From positions 12,030,001 to 12,094,000 of the forward strand of contig CM075988.1 of NCBI GenBank assembly GCA_038087875.1: a DNA stretch of 64,000 bases, written 5' to 3'. How positions within the stretch are numbered: the first letter of the stretch is position 1; each line of letters opens with the position of its first letter. Source of the DNA: Malacoraja senta. Lineage: Eukaryota. A program made the position numbers and the translations under genes. The notes under the pieces were generated by a model. The model was given only the letters and a program-made list of their open reading frames with translations, had not been told where the DNA came from and searched no databases. Positions 11,485-24,010 of this stretch are shown here, in pieces.

Positions 11485-12616
11485 TCAACCTATATCTTAA
11501 GCTATATCATTTCTTCACTTTCCTCACAGTACACATTGGCCCCCATCTTATTACCATCAGCAAATGTGGATATGTTGCACTTGGTCCCCTCAGCCAAACC
11601 ATTGATATAGATTGTGAACAGCTGGGGGGGCCAGAGCACCAAACCCTACACATCACAGCATTCCAACATGACAATGAACCATATATATTCTTGTTTGGTT
11701 TCCTGTCCATTAACTAATTCACAATCCTCACTTGTGCATTAGCCCCGATCTTATGCAATTCATTTTTGTTTAAGCCTCTTGTGTGGCAGCTTATCAAACA
11801 TTGCTGTAACTTAAAAGATTTTACATGGCACATAATTTTTAAATTGTAATTTTCAAGTGATCAATTTGAAAATGCAATTTAAGCAGCTGGTTAGGCTAAG
11901 CAGCAATAGTGTGAGGCGTGTGTATGCAGCTTATTATTCTGATGTTGTCAAAGTTCAGACCTTGCAATGTCACTGCTGAATAGGGAAGAAAAAAAAACTT
12001 CACAACGGCGAGCTCTTGGTAAACAAGTAGACTTCAATGCTGATTTTCTGGGTTTGAAACTACATTCGTGTTTTTTTGCCAAATATGCAGGCAATCTCTC
12101 AGCAGCTGTGATCTTGATCAAATGCTGGCTCATTGTTCACTGACTCCTGTTTCCATCTCCCTCGTGTTGAATTTTATGCCGCCTAGGAATTGTAGCTTTC
12201 GGAGCTGAAGAATTAACTGTGAATAGGCAAGCAGCAAAATAGAGTCAAAAGGTGCTGCTCGTTGTTTAAGTCATTATCGGTACCTTTCACCTACATTAGC
12301 TTCTCATTAGAAGGGAAACTGAATTGAATAGTCACTGCAGAAATCCTCAAAACTGACTCCGAGGTATTTTGTTAGAAGTTGCTTTCTAGGATTGTCTGTC
12401 ACCATTTTGGTTTTCTTTACCTAGCAGTAAATCAAACTTCTGATACATCCTGAGAGTTTAAGAGATTTTGCTTGTCACTGGAGCTGAAGAAACTGGAACT
12501 ATTCAATGGCCTGTTTTGAATTGGAATTGGGTATCTGTAAAACACAACTGGTGCAAGGTTTTAGTGAAGAGGATTGATTTCTGCAGGATCCAAGACAACC
12601 CATTGAAAATATTGAA

Positions 12617-12876
12617 GAAACAAGGAACTGTCGATGCTGGAAATTTGAGCGAAACACAAAGTACTGAATAAGTCAGTGAGTCAGGCAGCATCTCTGGAGG
12701 ACATGGATAGGTGATGTTTCAGGTCGGAACCCTTCATCTGACTGATTATATTGAGGGGGAGAAATAAACTACGACCATCATTCTGAAGAGGGATCCCAAC
12801 CCGAAACATCACCTGTCCATGTCTTCCAGTGATGCTGCCTGATCCGTTGAGTTACTCCAGCAATTTGTGTTTTGCT
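12617..12876. mobile_element. PLE-derived fold-back unit (older subfamily)
   Basis: Inverted arms with degenerate hammerhead motifs and a spacer of about 40 bp; tail on the left arm only. Confidence 0.82.
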
Positions 12877-13169
12877 GTATAAAATATTATAGAATAACCA
12901 TCAGTTCAATGACCTCCTTTCACCACACTTGCTATCCTTGATTCTGATCTCAACAAAGCTTTCTGCTTCCTGCTTCCAACTAACCTAGCAATAAAGGCCT
13001 GAAGTCTCAGTCTACAAATTCATGTCCAGGAGGCCCTCTTCGAAAAAATAATTTCCAATGATTCCTCAGCAACTAATTTTTCAGAAGAACTATTCAATGG
13101 ACAGGAATGACAATGAATAAAGGCATAGCCATGAAGAGCAAGTATGCGTTTATCAAACCAAACTCAACA

Positions 13170-13480
13170 ATGGCACGGTGGCGCATTGGTGGAGTTGCTG
13201 CCTTACAGCGCTTGCAGCACCGGAGACGCAGGTTCGACCCCGACTAAGTATGATGCTTGTACGGAGTTTGTACGTTCTCCCCGTGATCCCGTAGGTTTTC
13301 TCCGAGCAGTTCAGTTCCCCCCCCACACTCCAAAGACCTACAAGTTTGTAGGTTACTTGGCTTGGTAAATGTAAAAATTGTCCCTAGTGTGTGTAGGATA
13401 GTGTTAATATACGGGGATCGCTGCTCGGCATTGACTCGGTGGGCCAAAGGGTCTGTTTCCGCGCTGTATCTCTAAACTAG
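13170..13480 (+). mobile_element. HE1-type V-SINE, near full length
   Basis: A-box TGGCGCATTGG, B-box GGTTCGACCC, V-domain, tail GCTGTATCTCTAAACTA. Confidence 0.92.
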
Positions 13481-14169
13481 CTGGCTTGCAGTTCCACAAT
13501 GTTGCACTCTCTGAAAACAGTGAAATGCTCAACCTAAGCCAGCCCTGATGTCCTCTTCAACAGATGCTATCCACTGTCAGCATCCACAGATTTCTCTTCT
13601 CAATTGTCCAATGTTATAAGTGTTAAATTTCTTGCTGCTGATAACATGATGGATTCACTCTGGCTTGTTAATTAGCAAATAGGAATACATTAAATAAGAC
13701 TCTCCATGTAGATTTGTTTATGTCACTTACTGACGTTTTGCCTGAACAAGTACTTTGCAGACTTTAATTTAATTTAAATTATTTTTGGAGAAAGGCTTCT
13801 GAAAAACATATTTGAGGAATGGAGGAGCCAAATTAGAAACTAATTTCATGATTCTCTTTTGAATTTTTTTTGGATGGGGAGCTAATTTGTCTTTTGATGT
13901 GGGTGTTTTTGTAAAATACAATTTTTTACAATTAATATTTTTGGAATATTTGCGAATATTAAATGGATTTGATGCACTGAAAAAAAAGTAGTTAATGCTG
14001 AAATTTGAGAATGCTTCTAGTCCTTTACAAATACTTTCATTTTTAATTTTTAAAATGATGCAGCATACATTTAAAAATAACCTTGACTAAATACTGCAGC
14101 ATATCCTGGACCAAAATAAACGAGAATTCAAATATGTAGCTTAACTCTGGAATAGAAACAACTGATTTA

Positions 14170-14292
14170 GTGCAGGAAGAAACTGCAGATTCAGGTTTAA
14201 ACCGAAGATAGACACAAAATGCTGGGGTAACTCAGCGGGACAGACAGCATTTGGTGAAGTTTCGGGTCGACTGAAGGGTCTCGACCAGAAAC
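14170..14292 (-). mobile_element. PLE terminal repeat with short inverted hammerhead remnant
   Basis: GTGCAGGAAGAAACTGCAGAT...GACACAAAATGCTGG...TTTCGGGTCGACTGAAGGGTCTCGACC. Confidence 0.8.
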
Positions 14293-16939
14293 TACTTTGA
14301 TTTTGTTGTTCATCAAAACCTAGTAAAGTGTATGTGCCTCAAATTACTTGAAGATCAATAATCTTTGATTGTGAGAATTTAATTTTTGTCCTTTAAAATG
14401 TTTATGTTAGCTTGTCCACCAAAGTTCATAAATGCTAAGAGTGAAAGGAGAATGAGTGGCACGAGAAATGCAATTAATGACAGTTGATTTAAAGATTGGA
14501 AAATCTTTCGGCTGAAAATTTCTGAAATTCATGCTGAATGATCAAGTCATTCATTTTCTTTTCATAAAAGTGTCAGACGATAGCATTTGAAGACGCAGTA
14601 TATGTGATTGTCATCCGATTTTAATTGAAGTAACATAATTATTTTCACCTTCCAGAAAATTTTGAGAGGTGGTAAATACTGAGAGGAATTTAGTGCTTAA
14701 TTTATAGCATTTATATATTGTTTTACATTTTAAGAAATGATTTAATGATGCTTTATTTCCCCCGCATCTCTGTGCATGTGTTACTGAGGTGCCAGACGTG
14801 CTGTTCTGGTTTCAGCACCGACATTGCCCCTGGCGGTTCACCAGGAGCTGCATACACACAGCTTGTGGAGATTTCCTATTCTTCATTTAGTTTAGTTTCA
14901 ATCCTTTCCATCTCTGTGTCCCCTCCGGTGCCAAATCCACATCTCAGCTTATCACCTCCACACAGCCGAGGAATTGCAACCTGGTTGGAATAGAAGATTG
15001 AATCTTGGGGACATGACAGAAATATAGATTTGATGGGGCACATTATCCACATAAACACATACGTTTAAGTCCTTAACACACTTAACGATTGTTTGAGGCA
15101 CTCCACCCAGGACACATCTCTGGCTGAATCGAGCTAAAACAACTTTATGGTCCTGGCCTATTAACAATTTGAAGATAAATGGCATGGAAGTCAATATTTT
15201 GATTTCTGATTTTTGTAATCTTAAATAGCACTAATTGTGTTTACAAAGAGGTTTATGATAGTGGATATGATGTGATATTGCAAGATATATTGAAAAGAAT
15301 GTAAACGTAAGATAAAATTGCCGTGTTTTTTTAATTTCTGTTGGGAATTTCAATTGGTGTGCTGAATAAACAAGGTGAACATCAATGAACATGTATAGAC
15401 CACTACAATGTATATAATTGAGGCCCAAGTAGAACTGCATGCAATCCAGAGGGAATACCCTGTTTCCAATCTTTCAGCATTCTGAATGACTATTAATGGC
15501 GAATGGCATTCATTGGAAGCTTGAAATTGAAATGAAAGCTCAAACTTTAACAACGTCTATTAAAACTGCTATTGATTTGTCCATTTTCCCCCCAATTTTA
15601 GATACAAGTTTTCTAGCATTAGGTTTTCTAGCTTTTAAGTTTTCTAGTATTTGCTCTACCTGGTGAACTGCCACTAAGCATATAAATATGATGCTGCAGC
15701 TAATTGTCTGAAATCCTCTGAAGCAAGGAGTAACCTTTGCTTCATATTATATCCAGAAACTTGCAGCTTATTTTCTAAGAATCTAGGGATTTTTTTATTG
15801 TACTTATTCTACCACCAAAATTTCGATGTGAAACTGTTTTGCTTTGAATTGATTATATTGCAAAAACCCTCTTTTCCGAAATGTCTGACTGTTTCTAAAG
15901 GTAGGTCAAGTCTGGTTTTTAGCAAGTCAAACTCACTTCATTCTTCCTCATCAAATTTTGTTTTTTTTGTGTCGGATTTTGCGTTCCACAGACACAGCGG
16001 GAAAGCAGAAATTGTGGAGTATCCCAGAAACAAGTGAATTATCCAGACACCAAATATTAACATGTCTTACTCCATTTCACCAGTACCTGACCTATGACAC
16101 TGTGCTCTCAGACATCATTTACTCCATGAAAGCTCATAACCTTTCAAGGATTTGTACCGCGTTCCATTGCTTGTTCAGCCAAAGTAAACAAGTGTGATGT
16201 ATTTCTTTCTCTCTTTACAGAAGACCATTAGACTGGAAGATTTTTAAAAAATCTGATTTTATCATTTAAAATAGATAAACTACTTATTCTGTTACTTTGG
16301 TAAAACTGGAACTAATACTCTTTAAAAAAAAAAAACACAGAGTGCAAATCCTGCTCTGTGATGTGAATAATTTATTTTCTACTCAGTGTTCTCGGGAAAT
16401 CCTTAAGTTATTTTAACGTAAGTAGTAGCCTATTCAATTTTTATATGATTGTTAATTTTCCCATGAATCTGTTATCAAATCTTTTGTCAGTCGCAGGTTT
16501 AGAGTGACTAATTTGTGGAAAAGCCACTTAAAATTCAATGGATTATTTCCGTACAAGATATCGTGATCATTGATACAAAAGGTTGCATTTTAAGAAAATA
16601 AGGTGGTATAACTCCTCAAAAAGTGACACTACTAACATGAGAAAGTAAAAAGATCCATGGATAGCTTTCCACTCAGAAGCCTTTGTTAAATTGTCATTTA
16701 TTTCTCATCCCTGTTAGATTCACAGATGGCAAAACTGTATAGTTTTAGTAGACTATTTCAAATGCAACCATTTCATGTGGACTTGTATGTGGATTTGGAT
16801 GAAACCTTTCTTTGGTATGGAAAACCAATTTTCTGTAAAGTAGTGTTGCCTAATTGGGGGGGATCACCAAAACAAAATACAAAATGGTGGTGGTATCTTT
16901 GCTCAAAGACCATGGAATTATGGTTTCCTCTCACTTAGA

Positions 16940-17312
16940 AGTGGTAAAGCAAAACTATCTTGCTATACCCCTTGCACTTATTTTTCATCTCCACCTTCTC
17001 TGTAGCTGTAAAAGCTGTATATTCTGCACTCTGGTTATTTTCCCTATTTGCTCTACCTGGTGTACTCCTTAATTGTATGATTTGACTGGACAGTGCACAA
17101 AACAGAGGATTTCACCTCATCTCAGTACACACCAACGATCTTCTTATCGAGTCCACACACGATTAGAAGTTGTTCAGCCAGAGCCGAACACACTTCTCGG
17201 CATCTGCATACAATGGTGTCTGTCTTGCGGTTCTTGTGCTTCTTGTGCGTGGTGGTGGATAGATTGGTGAACGCTCTTTCCTTGACCCCACACCAACGAT
17301 AATAAACCAATA
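16940..17312 (+). mobile_element. Rex1/Babar-type 3' UTR interrupted by a younger insertion
   Basis: CCCTTGCACT...TATATTCTGCACTCTG...CTCAGTACAC|insertion|AATAAACCAATAC. Confidence 0.65.
17140..17288 (-). mobile_element. 5'-truncated non-LTR element with AAG-type tail (Vingi/Ingi-like)
   Basis: Perfect 12-bp TSD CACACCAACGAT (17128-17139, 17289-17300); minus frame ends ...AEKCVRLWLNNF*, then ...GATAAGAAG. Confidence 0.7.
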
Positions 17313-17889
17313 CTGCTGATGGGTACTGGGAGGTCGGTCAGATGCAAGCATGCACCCTCCTTCACAACTACATTAGCTGCCATGAAAATGGGGGACATTT
17401 TGGTGGGTGGGGGAGAGTAGATATGATGGTCTGCCCTTCCCTATGGAATGGTCAAACCCTCTGCCCCAGTGATCCTGTCATTATAAGGAAGGGGATCCTT
17501 GGGGTCATTGATCGGAGCCTCTTTGAGGCAGTTTTTGTCAGAAATGAAGAAACAATTACTCAAATTGATGAAATCATTTTATGTTTGACAGTGGGGGAGT
17601 GATGCCTGCATCTCACCCAGTCGTGCGTCAGTCCAATTTCCCAAAACACGGATTTCAATTGGAAATCGGCACGAATACAATATTATTTTATGCATAATTT
17701 ATACATATAAATTTTACAAATCGGCACATATTGGGAAATCATGGCAAACTTCAATAACTAAATGATTTTGACAATCCATTAGGTCTTTTACAAAACTTCC
17801 ACAGCTCATTGTCACTGTTACAATACAATACGGTTTTATTTGTCACATTGTTAACAATTTTGTTTACTGTTTTATGCTTTGCTCTAATT

Positions 17890-18360
17890 TGGGTGCTACA
17901 GTGGTGATTCTGTTAGAGCTGCTGCCTCATAATGCCAAGGACCCAAGTTCAATCTTCACCTCAGATGCTGTCTGTGTGGAGTTTGCAGTTCTCCCTGTGA
18001 TCATGTGGGTTTCCTCCAGATTCTCCGGTTTCTTCTCGCATCTCAAAGACGGCGGGTTTTGTAGGTTAGTTGGGCTCTGTAGATTTCCTGTAATGTGTAG
18101 GGAGTGGATGAGAAAATGGGAACATATGGAACCAGTGTTGAGTCTTCTAAAATGAACTGACGTACAGTGAAATATTTGCTTTGCGTGCGATCCAGCCAAA
18201 GACTATACATGATCACAATCATGCCATCCACAGTGCAAGGATAATGATAGAGGGTACAACATTGAGAATGTAGATGGGTGATCAATGTACAATGTGGACT
18301 CAGTGGTCAAAGAGCCTGTTTCCATGTTGTATCTCGAAACTAAACTAAACTAAACTGAAC
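17890..18360 (+). mobile_element. HE1-type V-SINE containing a reverse Rex1-type tail (about 18150-18270)
   Basis: V-domain at 17970-18050, tail with (AAACT)n; internal GTACAGTGAAA...GACTATACATGATCACAATC matches 59395-59460. Confidence 0.85.
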
Positions 18361-19417
18361 TCAACTTTTGAAACGCTGTGGAAAGAAACCCTCTTGCAAC
18401 TGGAACAGAGGCTACAGGCAAAGAAATCTTCTTTATTGCAGCATTAAATTGGATACAAGGATGCCTTGTACATGAAATGGAATAACAGTTCACGAGGGAG
18501 TTGTGAGACTGGGCCTGAGGCACCTTGCTGAGGAAGATAACAAGAGCTTTATTCTACATCCGATCCACATTATCACCTGACCTTGATTTTGACAGAAGAT
18601 CTGAAGTGGGAGAATATTACTCACCTTGAGTACAAGAATTCATTCTGGAACTAACACTTTGGAGTACTTCTGTTCAAGTAGCCACAGGGGAGAAGGAAGC
18701 CGAGAAAAAAAATTTGAAAGTAATGGCTTGATTGTTTTCGGAACAAGAAGTGACCTTTTCTTAAAATGCTCATTGAGACGATGGGTTTAAAATAGGTTTG
18801 TCTTTCACTCAATTCAGACTCATCTGTATGGAAAGAGAACGTGTTTAAATATCAGAATGCAATTTTCAGAAATCTGAACCATAGAACTGTCTTCGAGACA
18901 GAAAATATGATATTTGCTGGTAATAGCAAGGTGCCTGTATCTGAACTGTTCAGCAGCAATTATGAAGATGCTGTTTAGTAATGTTGTTAGCTGCTATAAG
19001 CTGATACGATTTGCCTGGGGCTTGCAGTTCATAATAGGCACCAGTGCAAGTTACATGTTTGGGGAAAAAAAGACTTAGGTTTTATTAAAATTCTCCTAAT
19101 GCTGTATCTTTAAAGGCTTGCACCTCCACTGAAATAATATTCTGCCCAGATAATATGTTGCTGATATTAATTCACACTGTGTACAAAACCTCTGGGAAGG
19201 AACACAAATATCACAGCATTGCAGCTTGCAAAAATTTGCTGTATTCATTTAAGTACAAAACATAATACGTTATTATTCGCTACAGCCATTAAAGATTAGC
19301 ACAACAACTTATGCATACTTCCTGGACCCCAATATTTCCATTCCATGGTGAGCATTCAAATCATTTTCAGTTTTTGTTTTTCACATTGTAGATATTCTTC
19401 TGAAAGCTTTGTTGCTG

Positions 19418-19551
19418 TTCAGACTGAAGAAGGGTCTCAACCCGAAATGTCACGTGTTACTTTTCTCCAGAGATGCTGTCTAACCCGCTGAGACTCCAGC
19501 TTTTTGTGTCTATCTTTGGTTTACACCAGCATCTGTAGTTCCTTCCTACAC
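19418..19551 (+). mobile_element. PLE terminal repeat (hammerhead motif plus tail)
   Basis: CTGAAGAAGGGTCTCAACCCGAAATGTCAC...CCTTCCTACAC. Confidence 0.85.
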
Positions 19552-19969
19552 TTCTCCCTATGACCATATGGGATTATCTTAGCTGCATTGGTTCCCTCCC
19601 ACATTGCAAAGATTTGCTGGTTGGTTGGTTCCTGTAAATCACCTGGGTTTTGGAGGAGTCTTCGGCAAATTGGTATGGATGTGGAATACCTAACGGGGAA
19701 ATTGATGAGGGGATAGGATTGCTCTGAGGTCCCGCATAGACTCAATCTACAGAATGCCGTCCTTTTTTGTAACTAAGGACAACTGAAGAGGGGAAAAGAG
19801 GATGGATATAGGAAAGCAATTCTGACTTGCCATTTAAGTTTGTGGAGTTCATGCTTCAATTGGTCAGAATCATGAATATTTTTTGACCATGAAAGAAGTG
19901 ATATGAAGTGACTTGCATGCATATAATTGGAAGGCAGTGCTATCTTGTCAGCATCATCAGTGATCAAGT

Positions 19970-20548
19970 ATTGGAGTCAAGTATGAATTGGATGAGTGAT
20001 TGGAGTCAAGTATGAATTGTCCTCCTAGTGGGTCCTTTCTGCGTGTCGAGTTTTCTGAAGAGGCCGATCGAGGAGCCAGAGACTATGTAGTCTTCCCTCC
20101 AAGGTGACGCCTGTGCATGACGTCTTTTAATGTGGAGTGGGACTGCTGCATGGACAGTCACCAAAGGATAATAACCAGGAACTACAGATGCTGGTTTACC
20201 AAGGAAAGACACTTGCTGGAGCAACTCAGCAAGTCGGGGCAGCATCTCTGGAGATAGAATTGTTACATCGTTCTCCTTAACAGAGTCAGCCGCAGTTCCA
20301 TCAACATGGTCTCCACCACGGTTGGGAATCTCTCCTGGCCTCTGAGCCCATGTGGTACTCCACTGGCTGACTAGTCACCATCGCTTACACGTTTCACCAT
20401 TGGGGTTTTCTTCGTGGGCCGCACTTTGTCAGGAACCTCTCCTTTGACCAGCCTGCCAAGGGCGATCCTGCCAGAAGCATATCGCCAGAAGCATATCTCC
20501 AATGGAGACACATGCTTCACCACGGCAAGGTAGTAACCTTGGGAGAGG
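19970..20548 (-). mobile_element. Non-autonomous RTE-derived element (RTE/BovB-like 5' UTR, no ORF), interrupted by a PLE tail at about 20175-20255
   Basis: Minus-strand head ACCTTGCCGTGGTG...GGATCGCCCTTGGCAGGCTGGTCAAAGGAGAGGTTCCTGACAAAGTGCGGCCCAC resembles recalled BovB/RTE 5' ends; 21-bp tandem repeat at the 3' end. Confidence 0.7.
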
Positions 20549-20929
20549 CTGAAGTGTATTAGTATTTAAGATGAGGTTTAAATGATTAAAAATATAGTAA
20601 TTGCTGGAAATACTCAGCAAGTCAGACAGAATTTATGGAGATAGAAAGTGTTAATGTTTTGAATCAATGGCCTTCCTTGGATGGTTATCAATCTATTACA
20701 TTGACTTAATTTCACTCCGGTCGTAATCTTAATATTTCCTATCACTTCCTCGTGATAATTAAAAGCTACAGTTGTTTGCACTCAATGGGATATTTATGCA
20801 CTTCTGAATTCCATGGCACAGAGGGTGTTTGTGAGGAAAGTATTTTTTAATATAATGCTACCTTCTGGCGGTGGTTCCAATCAGAAACTGAAACTGAAAC
20901 TGCACCAAATCCTTGACATTTCTTCTTGA

Positions 20930-21243
20930 GCCAGAGGGTGTTGAATCTGTGGAATTCATTGCCAAGATGGCCATGGAAGCCATCTTTGGGTATTTTTTAA
21001 AGCGGAGATTGACAGGTTCTTGATTAGTAAAGGTCTCAAAAGCTTGCGTCCTTTTCAGGGCGGACGATGACAGCGAGGTCAACATTTGTAACAAGATGGA
21101 CACGAAAAGAAGAAGAAGGGTATCAAAGGTTACGGGGAGAAGGCAAGAGAATGGGGTTGAGAGGGATAGATAGAGCAGCCATGTTCAATGGTGGAGTAGA
21201 CTCAATAGATCGAATGGTGTAATTTTGCTCCTATGACTTAAGA
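20930..21243 (+). mobile_element. CR1-type LINE 3' end with nested 75-bp insertion
   Basis: CAGAGGGTGTTGAATCTGTGGAATTCATTGCC...GATTGACAGGTTCTTGATTAG...TTTTGCTCCTAT. Confidence 0.85.
21041..21115 (+). mobile_element. Vingi/Ingi-like 3' tail
   Basis: Ends GGACACGAAAAGAAGAAG; flanked by AAAGGTCTCAAA (21029-21040) and AAGGGTATCAAA (21116-21127), 10/12 identical. Confidence 0.6.
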
Positions 21244-21444
21244 ACAGGCTTGTACTGTGTGAATTTGTGAAGTCCAGGATGTTTAGATTTAGAAGACCAG
21301 AAAATTGTCTTCAGAATTTACACTGGATTGCTTCTAGTTCAAGGAAATGGAAGGAAACATTTTTGGAATCAGTGGAGAGAGAATCCAAGTTAGTGTTTTA
21401 GATGGATGATCCGTTGCTAGATCAGAGGAAGACAGAGAACAGTC

Positions 21445-21900
21445 CAAACTTGTTCCCCTCCACCAACACACCCAAAGTGCTTGACTTGATTAATTCTCAC
21501 ACCAAACAACTAATCCTTCAACTCCCCTCATTCTCTCCAGATCAAAAGTGTGGTGGTGGAAACCAACATGGACCAAGCTCTGCCTGTCTTTTTGTGGGAT
21601 GCATGAATTAGTTCTTTTTTCACTGTACGATACAGGCCCTTTTCCACAGTTCCTTTCTCAATACATCAGCTGCGACATTAGTGCTGTTCTGCACGCATAT
21701 AGAATTCAAATGTTATTACTTTTCCCTGCAATTTCCACCCTTCACATGGCTCATCCCTGATTCTTCCCTCTCTTGCTGGATTTCATCTCCATTTTAAAGG
21801 ATACGATAATGACTATATCCATGAAAAACCACGGCATCATACAGCTATTGTGCTGTAAGAATTCCAATCAATTAGTCCAATACCTCTGTCTCTGATGAAT
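21445..21900 (+). mobile_element. Degraded Penelope-like reverse transcriptase fragment
   Basis: Frameshifted FNSPHSLQIK..., GPSSACLFVGC, PQFLSQYI (cf. FLRYIDD) and KP..HSY-like motifs. Confidence 0.78.
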
Positions 21901-22899
21901 TCTTGTCAAGCAATTCAAATCCAGCTAATCCAGCTAATAAATGCGAATACAGCTAATAAAGAGGTGGCATCAGGAAAACCATTGCCAGAACTCATTTATT
22001 TTATTAAACATTGAAATACACAAAAGTGATCATTATTCCGATGGATGCACACAATGCTCCTTCTGTGCCCAATATGGTCTCCATGTCAACATCCTTGCAA
22101 AAAGTTACTAATTGGCACGGTTATTTCTATATTTTCAGCTTTAATTACAGAGCTAAAGCACAATCTTGCACTTTCTTGATAATTTGTTTTTTAAAAAAGG
22201 CATATAAATCTAACTTGGTTTTGGAAAAGTAAATGTGGATAAACTGCAGTCTAATTCTTGGCTGCTTATCTTGCTTGAAAAGAACCAGGAGAAGAACAAT
22301 TACTGATCCAGAGAGACTTCGAAAAGTAATTAACCTTTAGGGAGTACCTGAGCTATGGCTTTGAATAGGCAATGTACATTAGTAGCTGTGCATTGCAACA
22401 ACACTATGGATGTCAGAATGATTCATAGTCAATTGCCTGTAGTTGTAGGTTTAGCACTTCTGATGCTTGCTTTTAACCTTAAGTGACTGACATATCATGA
22501 CTTATCATTAAGAAAAATTGCTGCTCTCCAGAGACTTCATTAAAAAAATTAGTTGGAGTCTTTATTTAATGTTGTCAGTCCTGTCTATAAAATAACTTGC
22601 AACTGCAATTTGCAAATTTATTGCACATAAATAATTTCATTTTGGAGAACCACAATTGTGTAAACTCAATATTGAGTAGATGGCATTGATGGAGTAAATG
22701 GATTTGTAAATTAGGCCAATTCAAATAATTATAAATGATAATGTAATGAGTTAGGAAGCAGAAATAACTCTGCTGTATAATCGTGTTTGCCTGGCAGCAG
22801 AAAGAGCGAAACTGGTCAATGCGACTGCCATGCCTGGAGTCAGTGAAATGTGTGGACAATTCGAACATCTTGACACTTTAAGACTTGCAATCAATGGTC

Positions 22900-23280
22900 A
22901 CGTTCGTGAAAAGATAAGAGGATGGGAGTAGGTGCAGTCTCGGTAGCTGTGGGAGTCAGTGGGTTTGAAGTTCATGTCAGTCGATAGTTTGTCTCCTGAG
23001 ATGGGGACGGAAAGAGCGGGAGAATGGAGAGTGGTGTCAGAATTAGTGCGTGGATTTGAAGGCTGGATGCAGGTTGATGGCGAAGTCGATGAGATTGAGG
23101 AGTTCTGCTCAGGTGCACAAGGCAGCATCGATGGAGTAGTGACAAAGTAGGTTTGGAGCAAAGAATGTGCCACATAGCCAATGAAGAGACACGTGTAGTT
23201 AAGGCTTGTTTGAATGCACATGGTTAGGTCTCTAATTTGCTGAGAGTGTGAGGAGTCGAAATAAGTCATTAAGCCCAAGT
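22900..23280 (-). mobile_element. Degraded Penelope-like reverse transcriptase fragment
   Basis: YTCLFIGYVAHSLLQTY...LSVPISGDKLSTDMNFKPTDSHSYRDCTYSHP (PLE RT and thumb motifs). Confidence 0.85.
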
Positions 23281-23627
23281 TCTACAAGGAGAATATTAGT
23301 AGAATGGATCTGGTTGGATCACAAGCCTCAGCTCTTTTCATAAAAGGACTGTGCATTGCAATGACTTCCCAACAAACCTATTCTTCTTGGACTAAATCAT
23401 AAAACACTAAATGTTGCAAAGCTACACCTTTAAACATACCTTTTCTTTCCATCATAACCTGCTTGAGATCTTGGATGCCTGTCATGTTGAGTTGTTGGTC
23501 ATGTTTCATCAGTCCTTGCTGCCCTTCTACATGGGAGTTTTACCTGCTGCATCTAACATTTCTCCAGGATTTTTCTTACCAAAAATACTAAAATCCTGGC
23601 ATTCATGTGATTTGTACAGTACAACAA

Positions 23628-24010
23628 AAGGAACTGCAGATGCTGATTTATACCAAAGATCGACACAAATGCTGGAGTAACTCAGCAGGTTAGGCAGCAT
23701 CTCTGGGGGAAATGGATTGGTGACATTCTGAGTCGGGACTCTTCTTACTGAAAGTGAGTACCAACCTGAAACGTCACCTATCCACTTCCTCCATAGATGC
23801 TGCCTAACCTGCCGTGTCTACGTGAGTTGTACTTTTTGATTGGTTTAATCTTTTGGACAGTCTCAGGATGACTTGCATCCATTACAGTTCTCTGGGTTCT
23901 CAAATGGTTAATAAGGTCTAAGCTGGACACAGACACAATGTAACTCAGCTGGTCAGGCAGCATCTCTGGAGAAAAAGAATGGGGGACGAATGGGGGACCC
24001 TTCTTAAGAC
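23628..24010. mobile_element. PLE fold-back (23628-23825) and a second reverse terminal repeat fragment (23925-24010)
   Basis: AAGGAACTGCAGATGCTG...CTCAGCAGGTTAGGCAGCATC followed by inverted CCTGAAACGTCACC...GATGCTGCCTAACCTGC. Confidence 0.8.

Noticed and set aside
13170..13245. tRNA-like sequences with A and B boxes
   Set aside because: These are V-SINE heads running directly into the V-domain, with no complete cloverleaf.
20500..20548. HDV-like ribozyme at the RTE-derived head
   Set aside because: A P3/L3-like hairpin is present, but I could not assign P1, P1.1, P2 or the catalytic J4/2 strand in this copy.
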